This document shows, in pieces, positions 51,904-64,000 of a stretch of DNA of 64,000 nt (positions within the stretch are counted from its first letter, which is position 1; each line of letters starts with the position of its first letter). The notes beneath the pieces were generated by a model that saw only the letters and a list, made by a program, of their open reading frames with translations, ran no database searches and was not told the origin of the DNA. Made by a program: the position numbers and the translations under genes. Source of the stretch: an uncultured Chloroflexia bacterium (GTDB lineage Bacteria > Chloroflexota > Limnocylindria > Limnocylindrales > CSP1-4); NCBI GenBank assembly GCA_963813335.1, contig CAWEYL010000003.1, positions 64,001 through 128,000 of the forward strand. Reading direction: 5' to 3'.

Positions 51904-53348
51904 CAGCCGGCGGCCACGACGGGTTCGGGCGGGATGCGGGCGGGACGATCGTGGCCGGGCAGCGCCGTCCAGCGCGCGATCGCGGCGGCCGTGGCGGCCC
52001 GCAGGCCCTCCTCGAACGGGGCGCGGACCACGCCCTCCTCGGTGACGATCCCGGTGATGAGCTCGGCGGGCGTGACGTCGAACGCCGGGTTGCGGACCTC
52101 CGTCGCGGGCGGCGCGATGGCCACGCCGCGGATGGCCGTGACCTCGACGGCGGCGCGCTCCTCGATCGGGATTGCCGCGCCGTCCGGGGTGTCGAGGTCG
52201 ATCGACGTGGTCGGCGCGCAGACGTAGAACGGGATCCCGTGCCGTGCCGCGAGGACGGCCAGCGTGTACGTGCCGATCTTGTTGGCCGTGTCGCCGTTGG
52301 CGGCGACGCGGTCCGCCCCGACGATGACCACGTCGACCTCACCGCGGGCCATGAGGTGGCCCGCGGCCATGTCCGGGATCAGGGCATGCGGGACGCCGGC
52401 CTGGGCGAGCTCCCAGGCGGTGAGCCGGGCGCCCTGCAGGTAGGGCCGCGTCTCGTCCACCCAGACATGGACCGGGCGGCCGGCATGGTGGGCGGCCTGC
52501 ACGATGCCCAGGGCCGTCCCGAACTGGCCGCAGGCCAGCGGCCCGGTGTTGCAGTGGGTCAGGATGCGGACCGGCCGGTCCTCGGGCTGGGGAAGCTCGG
52601 CCAGGCCGAACTCGGCCATCCGGCCGTGGTCGGTGGTCGCCTCCATGACGATCCGGTCGGCCTCCGCGCGCAGAGCGTCGGCGATGATGCCGCCGTCGTC
52701 CGAGAGGTCGCCGATCTGCTCGTAACGGGCCATCATCCGGTCGATCGCCCAGCGGACGTTGACCGCGGTCGGGCGGGACTGGACGAGGGCGTTGGCGCCG
52801 CCGCGGAGCGTCGCCCGGCGGGCGTAGGGCCGGGAGTCGCGCACGCGTTCGGCCGACAGGGCCAGGCCGATGGCGGCCGCCTGACCCATCGCGGGCGCGC
52901 CGCGGATGATCATCTCGCGCAGCGAGAAGGCGACCTCGCCGGCAGTGCGGTTCTCGACCTCGACGAGCGCGTCCGGCAGACGGCGCTGGTCGATCAGGTA
53001 GAGCACGCCCGGGCCCTCGCGGAACGGCGTCCGGAAGCCGGTCGGGCCGGTCGGCGCGGTCGGCTCCTCCTCGACGAAGCCGGCGAGCATGCCCGCCCCG
53101 GTGGCCGGGTCGAGGATGCCGGCGGCCGCCTCGGCCGACGCCCGCTGCAGTGCCTGGGCGGCACCGGCCATGGTGGCGGCGGTCTGGACGATCTCCCCGG
53201 CGAACTGGCGGAAGAAGCGGCGCCGGCCGAGGTCCACGCCCTCGGGCGCCGGCGGCGCGTCAGGCGGGGGCGTCGCCGGATCGGCGGCGGTATCCGTGGG
53301 CGGCGACCCGCCCGGCGACTCCGCGGATGTCCCGCGCGTGGGGTCCAC
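51903..53348 (-). CDS. mtnA: S-methyl-5-thioribose-1-phosphate isomerase with a ~100-aa N-terminal extension
   Basis: IDQRRLP, RGAPA, SRPTAVN, THCNTG, DETRPYLQGARLTAWEL, NKIGT and NPAFDVTP. Confidence 0.93.
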   Translation of the reverse strand: MDPTRGTSAESPGGSPPTDTAADPATPPPDAPPAPEGVDLGRRRFFRQFAGEIVQTAATMAGAAQALQRASAEAAAGILDPATGAGMLAGFVEEEPTAPTGPTGFRTPFREGPGVLYLIDQRRLPDALVEVENRTAGEVAFSLREMIIRGAPAMGQAAAIGLALSAERVRDSRPYARRATLRGGANALVQSRPTAVNVRWAIDRMMARYEQIGDLSDDGGIIADALRAEADRIVMEATTDHGRMAEFGLAELPQPEDRPVRILTHCNTGPLACGQFGTALGIVQAAHHAGRPVHVWVDETRPYLQGARLTAWELAQAGVPHALIPDMAAGHLMARGEVDVVIVGADRVAANGDTANKIGTYTLAVLAARHGIPFYVCAPTTSIDLDTPDGAAIPIEERAAVEVTAIRGVAIAPPATEVRNPAFDVTPAELITGIVTEEGVVRAPFEEGLRAATAAAIARWTALPGHDRPARIPPEPVVAAG

Positions 53349-53375
53349 CGATGGCCTGCCTCGACCGCGTCCGGG

Positions 53376-53897
53376 TCAGTACTGGACGACGCTGGTGACC
53401 CGGCGCCCTTCCAGTCGATCGCGGCCCTTGAGGAAGTCCAGCTCGACGAGGAACGCGAGGCCCGTCACGTCGCCACGCAGCCGCTCGACGAGCTCGATCG
53501 TGCCCTTGACGGTGCCGCCGGTGGCCAGCAGGTCGTCGACGATCAGGACCTTCTGCCCAGGCTGGATCGCGTCGCGGTGGATCTCGAGGGTGTTCGACCC
53601 GTACTCGAGCGCGTACTCGACGGTGATGGTCTCGGCCGGCAGCTTGCCCAGCTTGCGGACCGGGACGAGCCCGGCGCCCAGCTGGTAGGCCATCGGCGCG
53701 CTGAAGATGAACCCCCGCGATTCCATGCCGACGACCAGGTCGATCTTCTCGCCGAGGTACGGGGCGAGCATCAGGTCGATGGCTTCCTTGTAGGCGGCCG
53801 GATCCTTCAGGAGCGTCGTGATGTCGTAGAAGAGGATGCCGGGCTTGGGGAAATCGGGGATCTCGCGGATCTTCGCGCGGAGCTCCTCGGCGGACAT
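53376..53897 (-). CDS. apt: Adenine phosphoribosyltransferase
   Basis: PDFPKPGILFYDIT, ESRGF, RKLGKLP, LEYG and VDDLLATGGT. Confidence 0.96.
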   Translation of the reverse strand: MSAEELRAKIREIPDFPKPGILFYDITTLLKDPAAYKEAIDLMLAPYLGEKIDLVVGMESRGFIFSAPMAYQLGAGLVPVRKLGKLPAETITVEYALEYGSNTLEIHRDAIQPGQKVLIVDDLLATGGTVKGTIELVERLRGDVTGLAFLVELDFLKGRDRLEGRRVTSVVQY

Positions 53898-54025
53898 CGG
53901 TATCGGGGCCTCCACGGTGGGGACGGCGGGCGCCGGTGGGGCGGGCGCGGACCGGCCAGAAGTCTACCGCAGGCGAGCGGGCCGGCCCAGCCGGGTGCGG
54001 GCCCCGGTGCGGGCGCCCGCGCGGG

Positions 54026-55483
54026 TCAGGCGGAGGTCGCCCGCGTCGCGACGGCGATGGCCGGCGTGGCCGCGGATCGCCCGTGCAGCCGGCTCGTCAG
54101 GAGGACGCCGCCGATCCCGACCAGGATCGCGACCGCGAAGGCGCCGACCAGGCCGTCGACCGGTCCGCCGGTCGAGCGGATGCTGGCCGCGACGATCGCG
54201 CCGGAGACCCCGGTCCCGAGCGCCGTGCCGAGCGTGTCGGAGAGGCTGAGCGCGCTCGTGGCGGCGCCCTGCGTCTCGGGTGGCGCCTCGCGCAGCACGA
54301 TCAGCGAGAGCGGCGCATAGCCGAGCCCCATCCCGAGGCCCGCCAGCGCGAAGGTGGGCACCGCCAGGGCGACCGGCACCGATGGCGCGAGGATCGTCGA
54401 GAAGGCGATGAGGCCGATCACCGTGACCACCAGGCCCGCCCGGACGAAGCGGGCAGTCGGCCAGCGACCCGCATAGCGAGCCTGGATCCACGAGCCGGCG
54501 GTCCACGAGACGGTGGCGGCGGTCAGCACGATCCCCGCGGCGATCGCCGAGAGGCCCCGCCACGACTCGAGGGTCAGGGTGGCGTAGGCGTCGACGGCGA
54601 AGAAGGTGAACGTCATCACGCCGCGCAGGAGGACCGCGGCGGGCAGGACCGGCCGCGCCGTCAGCGTGCCCGGCGGGGTCAGGCGGCGAAGCGCCGGGAT
54701 CCCCACCACGAGACCGGCCGCGATGAGTCCGAGCGTGACGCCCGGCTCCGAGTCGAGCGGCACGATGCCGCCGTGTCCTGGCGTCAGCCCGACCATGACC
54801 AGGCCGGCGCCGAGCGCGACCAGCAGGGCGTTCGGGAAGCGGTGGCGCTCGGCGGTCGCGGCGGCGGCCTCGGCATCGGCCGCCGGGCCGCTCGGGACGA
54901 CCCGCGAGACCGCCCGATAGGTGAGCAGGCCGGCGACCGCGATCAGCGGCAGCAGCCCGAGGAAGACGTAGCGCCAGCCGAGCGTCTCGCCGACGACGCC
55001 GGCGATGGCCGGGCCGATCACGCCGGGCAGGACCCAGGCGGTCGACAGCGTCGCGAACATCCGCGGTCGGAGCGATTCCGGCAGGCTTCGGCCGATGGCG
55101 ACATAGGCGATCGGCGGGATCGCCCCGGCACCAAGGCCCTGGATGAACCGGGCGCCGATCAGCATCGGCATCGAGACCGCCAGACCGCCGATGAGCAGCC
55201 CGATCGCGAAGAGGCCCAGGCCGATCGCGAGCGGGCGCCCCAGGCCGCCCTGGTTGATGACGCCGCCGACGACCGCGATGCCGATCAGCGAGCCGAGGAA
55301 GAACGAGGTGAAGACCCAGCCGTAGTGCTCGAGGTCGCCCAGGTCCCGCGCGACGATCGGCAGCACCGTCGAGATCGCGAGGGCCTCGAACGCCACCAGG
55401 GTGATCGTGAGGACCAGCCCGATGGTCAGGCCACGTCGGGCCGGCGACCAGAGGCTGTCAGGGCCGGAGCCTGGGCGTTGCAT
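54026..55483 (-). CDS. MFS transporter
   Basis: About 14 TM segments, TLVAFEALA and RFIQGLGAG. Confidence 0.85.
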   Translation of the reverse strand: MQRPGSGPDSLWSPARRGLTIGLVLTITLVAFEALAISTVLPIVARDLGDLEHYGWVFTSFFLGSLIGIAVVGGVINQGGLGRPLAIGLGLFAIGLLIGGLAVSMPMLIGARFIQGLGAGAIPPIAYVAIGRSLPESLRPRMFATLSTAWVLPGVIGPAIAGVVGETLGWRYVFLGLLPLIAVAGLLTYRAVSRVVPSGPAADAEAAAATAERHRFPNALLVALGAGLVMVGLTPGHGGIVPLDSEPGVTLGLIAAGLVVGIPALRRLTPPGTLTARPVLPAAVLLRGVMTFTFFAVDAYATLTLESWRGLSAIAAGIVLTAATVSWTAGSWIQARYAGRWPTARFVRAGLVVTVIGLIAFSTILAPSVPVALAVPTFALAGLGMGLGYAPLSLIVLREAPPETQGAATSALSLSDTLGTALGTGVSGAIVAASIRSTGGPVDGLVGAFAVAILVGIGGVLLTSRLHGRSAATPAIAVATRATSA

Positions 55484-55572
55484 GACCGGAAGCATGCCGT
55501 CCCGGCGACGACGCCGCCACGGGCAAGCGTCGCGGGCCGCGACGGACGTTCGTCGCGGTCGCGGGCTGCGGG

Positions 55573-56608
55573 TCAGTCCCCGCCGAGCGAGGCAGCCGCC
55601 ACCTCGGTGCGCAGCCTGGCCTCCGCCGCGGACCGTTCCGCCGCGCTCCGGCCAGGAAGCCGGTCGAGGCCGAGCAGGGCGGCCCCGAGCACCGGCGGGG
55701 CGTCAAGCCGGTGGATCGTCGCGCGCGGCGCGACCGCGTGGACACCGGTGGCGATGCGCGCTTCGAGCGTCGCGTCCCGCGCCCGGAAGACACCGCCGGC
55801 GAGGACGACGACAGGGTCCCGGCGCGTCAGGTGCAGCCGCCGGATCATCGCGTTCGCCATCGTCGCGAGCTCGTCCGCGAGGCGGTCGAGGATCGCCCGG
55901 GCGACACCATCCCCGTCGCCGGCCGCGGCGAAGACGACCGGGGACAGGCCGTAGAGCGCGGTCTCGGGCATCCGCCCGTACTCGATCGCCCAGGTCACGT
56001 CGATCGGCCTCTTGAGCCCGAAGAACGCGGGCACGGTCCGCTCGAGGACGGTCCGCGGGCCGCGGCCATCGCGGGCGCGGACCGCGGCGCCCAGTGCGGC
56101 GAGGCCGATGGCGCCACCACCGCCCCAGTCGCCCGAGATCGGGCCGAGGGCCGCCAGCCTGGCGGTCCGCCCGTCCGGGCCGATGCCGGCGGCGTTCACG
56201 CCGGCGCCGCAGATGATCCCGACCCCCCAGCCCCGCGCCGTTCCGGCGCGGATCGGGGCGATGGCATCGTTGACGATGATCGAGGTCGCGGCGAGTCGCC
56301 GGGCGGCGAAGGCGGCCGCCAGCCGGCGGACGTCGGCAGGCGTGTCCGCGCCGGCCAGCGCGTACGACCCGATGGTCGCGGTCGGGCGCTCGCCGGACGG
56401 CGCGAGACCCGCGGCCGCCCAGGTGGCGTCCGCCTGCTCGACGAGACGGTCGGCACCGGCGTCCATGCCGACCTTCTGGTGCGAGCTCGTCGGGCCCGCG
56501 CCCGGCGGCCAGCAGGCGACCGTCACGCCCGACGAGGAGGAGATCCGTCTTCGAGTTCCCCCCGTCGACGGCCAGGACCGCGACCTCGGGTTGCCGCCCG
56601 GGACTCAC
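55573..56608 (-). CDS. BadF/BcrA-type sugar kinase (GlcNAc/GlcN kinase-like); frameshift near 56495
   Basis: AVDGGNSKT, VNDA, ICGAG, GDWGGG and VLAGGV. Confidence 0.85.
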
Positions 56609-57251
56609 GTGACGCCGCTCGGGACCTCGCCGAGCGCATCGATCGTGACGAAGGTCGCCCCGGCATCGCGCAGCCGGGACACGATCGGCGCGAGCGCCTC
56701 GCGCGTCGCCGTCGGCCAGGCGTGCAGCAGGACGACCGCGCCGTCGCCATGGGCGATGGCGCCATCGACCACCGCTCGCTCGATGGTGGCTGGGGACCTG
56801 GCCGGGTCCCAGTCCTCGACGCCGACGTGCCAGCCGACGTGCCGGTAGCCCGCGGCCCGCAGCGCGGCCTGGACCCGCGGGTCGTCCGCGCCCGCGCCGA
56901 ACGGGCAGCGGAACCACGGGCGCGGGTCCTCGTCGGTCGTCTCGAGGATCACCCGGCCCGCCTCGGTCAGGTCCTCCAGCAGGCCCGCGTCGGTGAACAG
57001 CGGCATCCGGGCATGGTAGTAGGAGTGGTTGCCGACGAGATGGCCGGCGGCCGCGATCGAGCGTGCCGTCGTCGGGTACGCCTCGGCCCAACGGCCCTGG
57101 ACGAAGCACGTGGTCCGCAGCCCCAGGCCGGCCAGCAGGCCGAGCATCGTCTCGGTCGCGTCTGCGGTCGCGGGCCGGTCGTGGTGCTCGACGTCGAACG
57201 TCAGCGCGACCCGGAACGGATCCGCGGCCCGCGGCGCGTCGCCACCCGCCA

Positions 57252-57255
<4 letters not shown>
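56605..57255 (-). CDS. Cytoplasmic polysaccharide deacetylase (NodB/CE4)
   Basis: VALTFDVE, GNHSYYH, FRCPFG, EDW and VLLHAW; no signal peptide. Confidence 0.87.
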
Positions 57256-58379
<1,124 letters not shown>

Positions 58380-58382
58380 CGC

Positions 58383-59330
58383 CTAGCGACCATCGCCCGC
58401 GTAGTAGACCCAGCGGCGCGACAGGCGGAAGAGGATCAGGGTGATGACCAGCGAGATCGCGAACAGGAGCCACGCCAGCGTCGCCCCATACGACATGTTC
58501 TGGAACGTGAAGAAGTTCTTGTAGATGTAGAGGTTGAAGAACAGCGTCGACCCGCCAGGCTCGCCGGTACCGTTCTTCAGGACCAGCGGCACGAGGAAGT
58601 ATTGGAGCACCTCGACCACGCCCAGCACGAGCGTGTAGAAGATGACCGGCGACATCATCGGGATGGTCACGTGGCGGAGCGACGCCCAGGCGCCGGCGCC
58701 ATCGATGCGGGCCGCGTCGTAGAGCTCGGTCGGGATGCCGCGGAGCCCGGCCAGGTAGACGATCATGCCCGCCCCGATGCCCCACAGGCCCATGATCACC
58801 AGGCCGGAGTAGATCCAGGTGGGGTCCTGCAGCCAGTCGGGCGGGTGGGCGATCCCGATGGCCTCGAGCGCCCCGTTGAGCCAGCCGGAATCGGCGCTGA
58901 GCATCTCGCGCCAGATGAAGACGCCGGCGACGAACGGGATGACGTACGGCAGGAAGAAGAGCACGCGGAAGCCGCCCGAGCCGCGCAAGTGGCGGGAGTG
59001 GAGCATGAGCGCCACGAGGAACGGCAGGCCGACGGCCACCGGCAGGGCGATCAACGCGTACTTGAATGTGACGATCAGCGCGTCCCAGGTCCGCTGGTCC
59101 GCGACGAGGTTGGCCCAGTTGTCCAGGCCGACGAACCTGAGCGGCTCGGCCTGGAGCAGGTTGATGTTGGTGAAGGTGAAGACGAATGTCGCCACCATCG
59201 GGAACAGCGTGAACGCGAAGAACCCGATGATCCACGGCGCGATGAAGAGGTACCCCCAGCGCGCGCGTCGCCAGGCGAGCCCGCTGAACGGGCGTCGGCG
59301 GGGACGCGCGACGCTGGTGGTGGCCGCCAT
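58383..59330 (-). CDS. Carbohydrate ABC transporter permease
   Basis: FVGLDN, YLAGLRGIPTELYDAARIDGA and VTIPMMSP. Confidence 0.9.
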   Translation of the reverse strand: MAATTSVARPRRRPFSGLAWRRARWGYLFIAPWIIGFFAFTLFPMVATFVFTFTNINLLQAEPLRFVGLDNWANLVADQRTWDALIVTFKYALIALPVAVGLPFLVALMLHSRHLRGSGGFRVLFFLPYVIPFVAGVFIWREMLSADSGWLNGALEAIGIAHPPDWLQDPTWIYSGLVIMGLWGIGAGMIVYLAGLRGIPTELYDAARIDGAGAWASLRHVTIPMMSPVIFYTLVLGVVEVLQYFLVPLVLKNGTGEPGGSTLFFNLYIYKNFFTFQNMSYGATLAWLLFAISLVITLILFRLSRRWVYYAGDGR

Positions 59331-59333
59331 GGG

Positions 59334-60839
59334 TCAGTTGCCGCCCTTGTCCCAGATGGCCTGCATCTGCGACTTCATGTCGGCGATCTCCTTGTCGAGG
59401 TCGAGCCCGGGCGTCGCCTGCCACTTGGTGCCGAACGTGTTGATCAGGTCCAGCGTCTGGTTGTAGGCGGGCACATAGGACTCGAAGTTCGGGACGTCAG
59501 CGAAGGCGATGCCCTGCTTGGCCACGTTCCAGTCGATCGTCTGCGTGTAGTCGGCCTGGAGGCTCTGCAGGAAGGCATCCTGCTTCGACTCGACCGCCGG
59601 CATGGCACCGTAGGTCTTGAGCAGCTCGTCGGATTGGAGCAGGTACTGGAGGACCGTGAACGCCTCGTCGGGGTGCTTGCTGCTCTTGAGGATCCGGAAC
59701 GTGTCGGCGTTGAACGCCGCCGTCGTCTGGCCCTGATAGGACGGGGTCGCCCCGAGGTTCCAGTCGTCACCGGCGCCGGACACGCCGTACGTCGACCACA
59801 GGTAGTTCTCGCTCATCGCGACCTTGCCGGTGAAGAACGGATAGCCCTCGGGGTTGAAGTTCGTGTCGAGGAACTTCGGCCCGGTGACGCTGAAGTGGTC
59901 CTTCCAGATGCCATCGTAGAAGTAGTGCCAGGACGCCGCCCACGCGTCCGGGATCTGGACGGTCTTGCCGTCGCTCGCGGCGAACGAGCCGGCCTTCCAA
60001 TAGGCGCCCACCTGGCGGATGTCGTCGCGCTGCGGCTCGAAGCCCCACTGGACGATGTTGTCGGGATCGAACCCGGCCTCGGTCGCGTCCTTCCCGTTCT
60101 TGTCGACGGTCAGCATCAGCGCGAGCTTGTGGACGGTGTCGTAGTCCCATGGGACGGTCGAGCCGTCGGGCATCTTGTAGGTGCTGTTCCACTGGTGCGG
60201 CGGCTCGGCGAGGCCGGCCTCCTTGAAGAGGCTCGCCTTGTAGAAGAGCGCCGACGGGTAGATGGCGTACGGGATCCCGGCCTGGCCCTCGCCCGCCACG
60301 TTGTACAGCTGGACGGTGTTCGCCGGGTACTGGGTCATGTCGTAATGGTTCTTGTCGATGAGCGGCTGGAGGTCCAGCCACTGCCCGTGGAACGCGTTCG
60401 CGCCGCCGATGCCGACCGGCCCGACGATGTCAGGTCCGGCGCCCGACCCGAGCTGGACGGCCAGCGAGTCGCGCGCCAGCTGGTACGGGTAGCCCTCGAA
60501 GCGCAGGTGGATGCCGGGGTGCGAGGCGTTGAAGTCCTCGGCGACCTTCTGCTCCACGTCAACCTGCTCGGGCGCGTCGCCCGTGCCCAGGCAGCAGTAC
60601 CAGCGGATCTCGACGTCGCCGGGCTTGGCGCTCGACTGGTTGCCCGGGATCGCGGTGGGCGGCGGGGTGACGCTCGTGTCCGCGGACGCCTCGGCCGATG
60701 CCGCGGCGGATGTCCCCGGCGAGGCACCGGCCGCCGTCGAGGCCGCCGGTGACGGGGTCGTGGTGGTGCTCGAGCACGCGACGGCCATGAGCGCCGCCGA
60801 TGCGAGGAGCGCAGCGAGGCGCCCCAGCCGTTGGTCCAT
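59334..60839 (-). CDS. Carbohydrate ABC transporter substrate-binding lipoprotein
   Basis: Lipobox AVAC, S/A/T linker, PDI, LFYKASLFKEAG and GKVAM. Confidence 0.87.
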   Translation of the reverse strand: MDQRLGRLAALLASAALMAVACSSTTTTPSPAASTAAGASPGTSAAASAEASADTSVTPPPTAIPGNQSSAKPGDVEIRWYCCLGTGDAPEQVDVEQKVAEDFNASHPGIHLRFEGYPYQLARDSLAVQLGSGAGPDIVGPVGIGGANAFHGQWLDLQPLIDKNHYDMTQYPANTVQLYNVAGEGQAGIPYAIYPSALFYKASLFKEAGLAEPPHQWNSTYKMPDGSTVPWDYDTVHKLALMLTVDKNGKDATEAGFDPDNIVQWGFEPQRDDIRQVGAYWKAGSFAASDGKTVQIPDAWAASWHYFYDGIWKDHFSVTGPKFLDTNFNPEGYPFFTGKVAMSENYLWSTYGVSGAGDDWNLGATPSYQGQTTAAFNADTFRILKSSKHPDEAFTVLQYLLQSDELLKTYGAMPAVESKQDAFLQSLQADYTQTIDWNVAKQGIAFADVPNFESYVPAYNQTLDLINTFGTKWQATPGLDLDKEIADMKSQMQAIWDKGGN

Positions 60840-60867
60840 CTCGTTCCTCCGGTGGTGTTGACGTTCG

Positions 60868-61692
60868 CTACCGGGCGACCCGGCGACCTGCGATCTCACC
60901 GATCCGTTCCTCCTCCTTCGATCCCTGGGCCTCCGGCGCGTGCATCCACCGCGGCCGGACGACCACTCGTTCCACGTAGTAGCGCGTGCGATCGCCGCGC
61001 ACGAACGTCCGGCCGAGCTCGACCGGGGTCCCGTCGTCCGTGGAGGCGATGCCTTCGATCAGGAGTGCCGGCGTGCCCGGCTTGCGGTCCAGCAGGCGGG
61101 CCTCGCGAGCCCGCAGCAGGACCGGTTCGAGGACCTCGCGGGCCCTGGCGATGCGCACGCCGTAGCGCTCGGTGAGCAGGTCGTACAGCGAGCCGTGTTC
61201 GAGGTCCGAGGCGAGCAGCCCCGGGAAGCGCTCGGCCGGCAGGTGGACCTGCTCGAGCAGCAGCGGCTCGCCGTCGGCCAGCCGGAGGCGCTCCAGGTAG
61301 AGCGTCGGCGAGCCCGGTTCCAGTCCCAACGCCGTGGCGACCGCCTCGCCCGCGGATTCAGGTCGCGCGGCGATCAGCCGGGTCGCCGGGTCGAGGCCGC
61401 GGGTCTGCATCTCCTCCGAGAACGACAGGTCCCCGGCGAAGTCGCGGTCGATGCGCGGATGCAGGACGAAGGTGCCGCGGCCGCGGGTCCGCTCGAGGCG
61501 CTGCTCGCGGACCAGCTCGCTCAGCGCCCGCCGGACCGTGATGAGGCTGCACCCGTAGCGCTGCGCCAGGTCGCGTTCGGTGGGAAGCCGGTCGCCGGGG
61601 CGCCATTCGCGCTCGTCGAGGGCGGCCTTCAGGTCCAGGTAGACCTGGTGGTGCAGCGGGATCGGGCCGAGTTCGAGTCGAAAACGTGCCAT
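60868..61692 (-). CDS. GntR/HutC-family regulator with a UTRA domain (DasR/NagR-like)
   Basis: RLPTERDLAQRYGCSLITVRRALSEL..GRGTFV, plus UTRA motifs ERLRLADGEP and SLYDLL. Confidence 0.9.
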   Translation of the reverse strand: MARFRLELGPIPLHHQVYLDLKAALDEREWRPGDRLPTERDLAQRYGCSLITVRRALSELVREQRLERTRGRGTFVLHPRIDRDFAGDLSFSEEMQTRGLDPATRLIAARPESAGEAVATALGLEPGSPTLYLERLRLADGEPLLLEQVHLPAERFPGLLASDLEHGSLYDLLTERYGVRIARAREVLEPVLLRAREARLLDRKPGTPALLIEGIASTDDGTPVELGRTFVRGDRTRYYVERVVVRPRWMHAPEAQGSKEEERIGEIAGRRVAR

Positions 61693-61784
61693 CGGGCGGG
61701 GCGGACCTCGGGCGACGGGTGCAGACTCTCTGGAGCGCTGGCGGCGATCGATGCTCGGGCCATCGCGGGGACTTGAAGCCGCCG

Positions 61785-61812
61785 CGATTGCTGATAACGT
61801 TATAAGCAATCG
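61785..61812. promoter_or_regulatory. 28-bp AT-rich near-perfect palindrome, probable GntR operator
   Basis: CGATTGCTGATAAC|GTTATAAGCAATCG with one mismatch, between the divergent gntR and GH4 genes. Confidence 0.75.
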
Positions 61813-61853
61813 TGTCAAGCCCCGGTGGCTGACGGCGCGTGGAGTGAGGGGCG

Positions 61854-63123
61854 ATGGGCGTCAAGATCGCCGTGGTCGGCGGCGGCAGCACCTACACACC
61901 GGAACTCGTCGAGGGCTTCGAGGCACGCCGTGACCGCATGCCCATCGACGAGCTGGTCCTGCTCGACACGGATCCGCGCCGCCTCGAGATCGTCGGCGGC
62001 CTGGCCCAGCGGATGCTCGACCGGCTCGACTGGACCGGCCGACTCCGCTGCACCGGCGACCGCGACACGGCCATCGACGGCGCCGACTTCGTCCTGATCC
62101 AGCTCCGCGTCGGCGGCCAGGCCGGCCAGGCTCGTCGACGAGACGCTGCCGCCGACGTTCGGCGTGGTCGGCCAGGAGACCACTGGGGCAGGCGGCTTCG
62201 CCAAGGCGCTGCGGACCGTGCCGCTGGTGCTGGAGCTCGCCGAGCTGACCGCGAAGCGCGGCGCACCCGGCGCGTGGATCGTGGATTTCACCAACCCGGT
62301 CGGGATCGTCAGCCAGGCGCTGCTCGACGCCGGGCACCGCGCGATCGGGCTGTGCAACGTCGCCATCAACATCCAGCGCGGGATGGCGGAGCGGTTCGGG
62401 GTCTCGCCCGAGCGGGTCGAGCTCGAGCACGTCGGGCTCAATCACCTGAGCTGGGAGCGCGCGGTCCGGATCGACGGCGTCGACCGTCTGCCCGAGCTGA
62501 TCGACGGCGATGCCGAGGCGCTCGCGTCGATGGTCGGCGTCCCGGCCGATCTGGTCCGGGCCGCTCCGCGCGATCCCCTCGTACTACCTGCGCTACTACT
62601 ACCAGACCCGACCAGGTCGTCGACGACCAGCGCGCCGGCCATACCCGGGCGCAGGAGGTCATCGACATCGAGAGCCAGCTCCTCGACCTCTACCAGGACC
62701 AGGGCCTGGCCGAGAAGCCGGCCCTGCTCGCGACCCGCGGCGGCGCGTACTACAGCGAGGCCGCGGCCCAGCTGATCGCGTCGCTCCATGACGGAGCCGG
62801 TGACATCCAGGTCGTCGACGTGCGCAACGACGGGGCACTGCCCCGACCTGCCCGACGCGGCCGTGGTCGAGATCCCGGCGCAGGATCGACCGCGACGGCG
62901 CGCATCCCCTCCCCCTCGGGCCGCTGTCCTCGGACATGCTCGGCCTCGTCGAGGCGGTGAAGGCCTACGAGATGCTCACCATCGAGGCGGCGATGACCGG
63001 CGACCGGCGGACCGCGCTGCGCGCCCTGCTGGCCAATCCGCTGGTCGCCGACTACGACATCGCGGCGCCACTGCTCGACGCGCTGCTCGAGGCCAACCGC
63101 TCACACCTGCCGCGCTTCTTCGG

Positions 63124-63127
<4 letters not shown>
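61854..63127 (+). CDS. Family 4 glycoside hydrolase (6-phospho-beta-glucosidase-like); about five frameshifts
   Basis: [57 protein letters not shown] and VKAYE..ANPLV across frames. Confidence 0.9.

Positions 63128-64000
<873 letters not shown>

Overview
Very GC-rich bacterial chromosome segment. Monoderm-type lipoproteins, many leaderless promoters and a small SWIM-finger gene suggest Chloroflexota, possibly Limnocylindria; this is an inference. The window is dense core and accessory metabolism, with no rRNA, tRNA, CRISPR, integrase or transposase seen. In order it holds: lysC-birA-ECF sigma-putative anti-sigma-fused accD/accA-(accB?); a dienelactone hydrolase; an LnrLMN-like ABC exporter; hom-thrC-thrB; a ~200-bp palindromic intergenic element; trpS, an AI-2E transporter, surE, yidB and a PPOX-family gene; a second ABC exporter; a divergent PLP aminotransferase/ureohydrolase pair; a cobalamin-riboswitch-led btuFCD-cobS-cobU-cobT-cobC salvage operon; a four-gene secreted/lipoprotein operon with a non-canonical metzincin-like protein; a SWIM protein; manC-pgm-cupin; a C39-like secreted peptidase; an XRE-cupin regulator with a potADBC-like polyamine ABC transporter; an Asp-box propeller lipoprotein; metK; an apt-mtnA-GNAT-ahcY-S9 peptidase-Na+/H+ antiporter operon; an MFS transporter; a GntR/sugar ABC/deacetylase/kinase/GH4 locus; and the 3' end of mfd. 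About 20 single-base frameshifts, including in essential genes, most likely reflect long-read indel errors rather than pseudogenes. The best candidates for new biology are the secreted DExxH-metzincin operon, the structured intergenic element, the ECF/anti-sigma pair embedded in the ACC operon, and the N-terminally extended MtnA coupled to a GNAT and AhcY.
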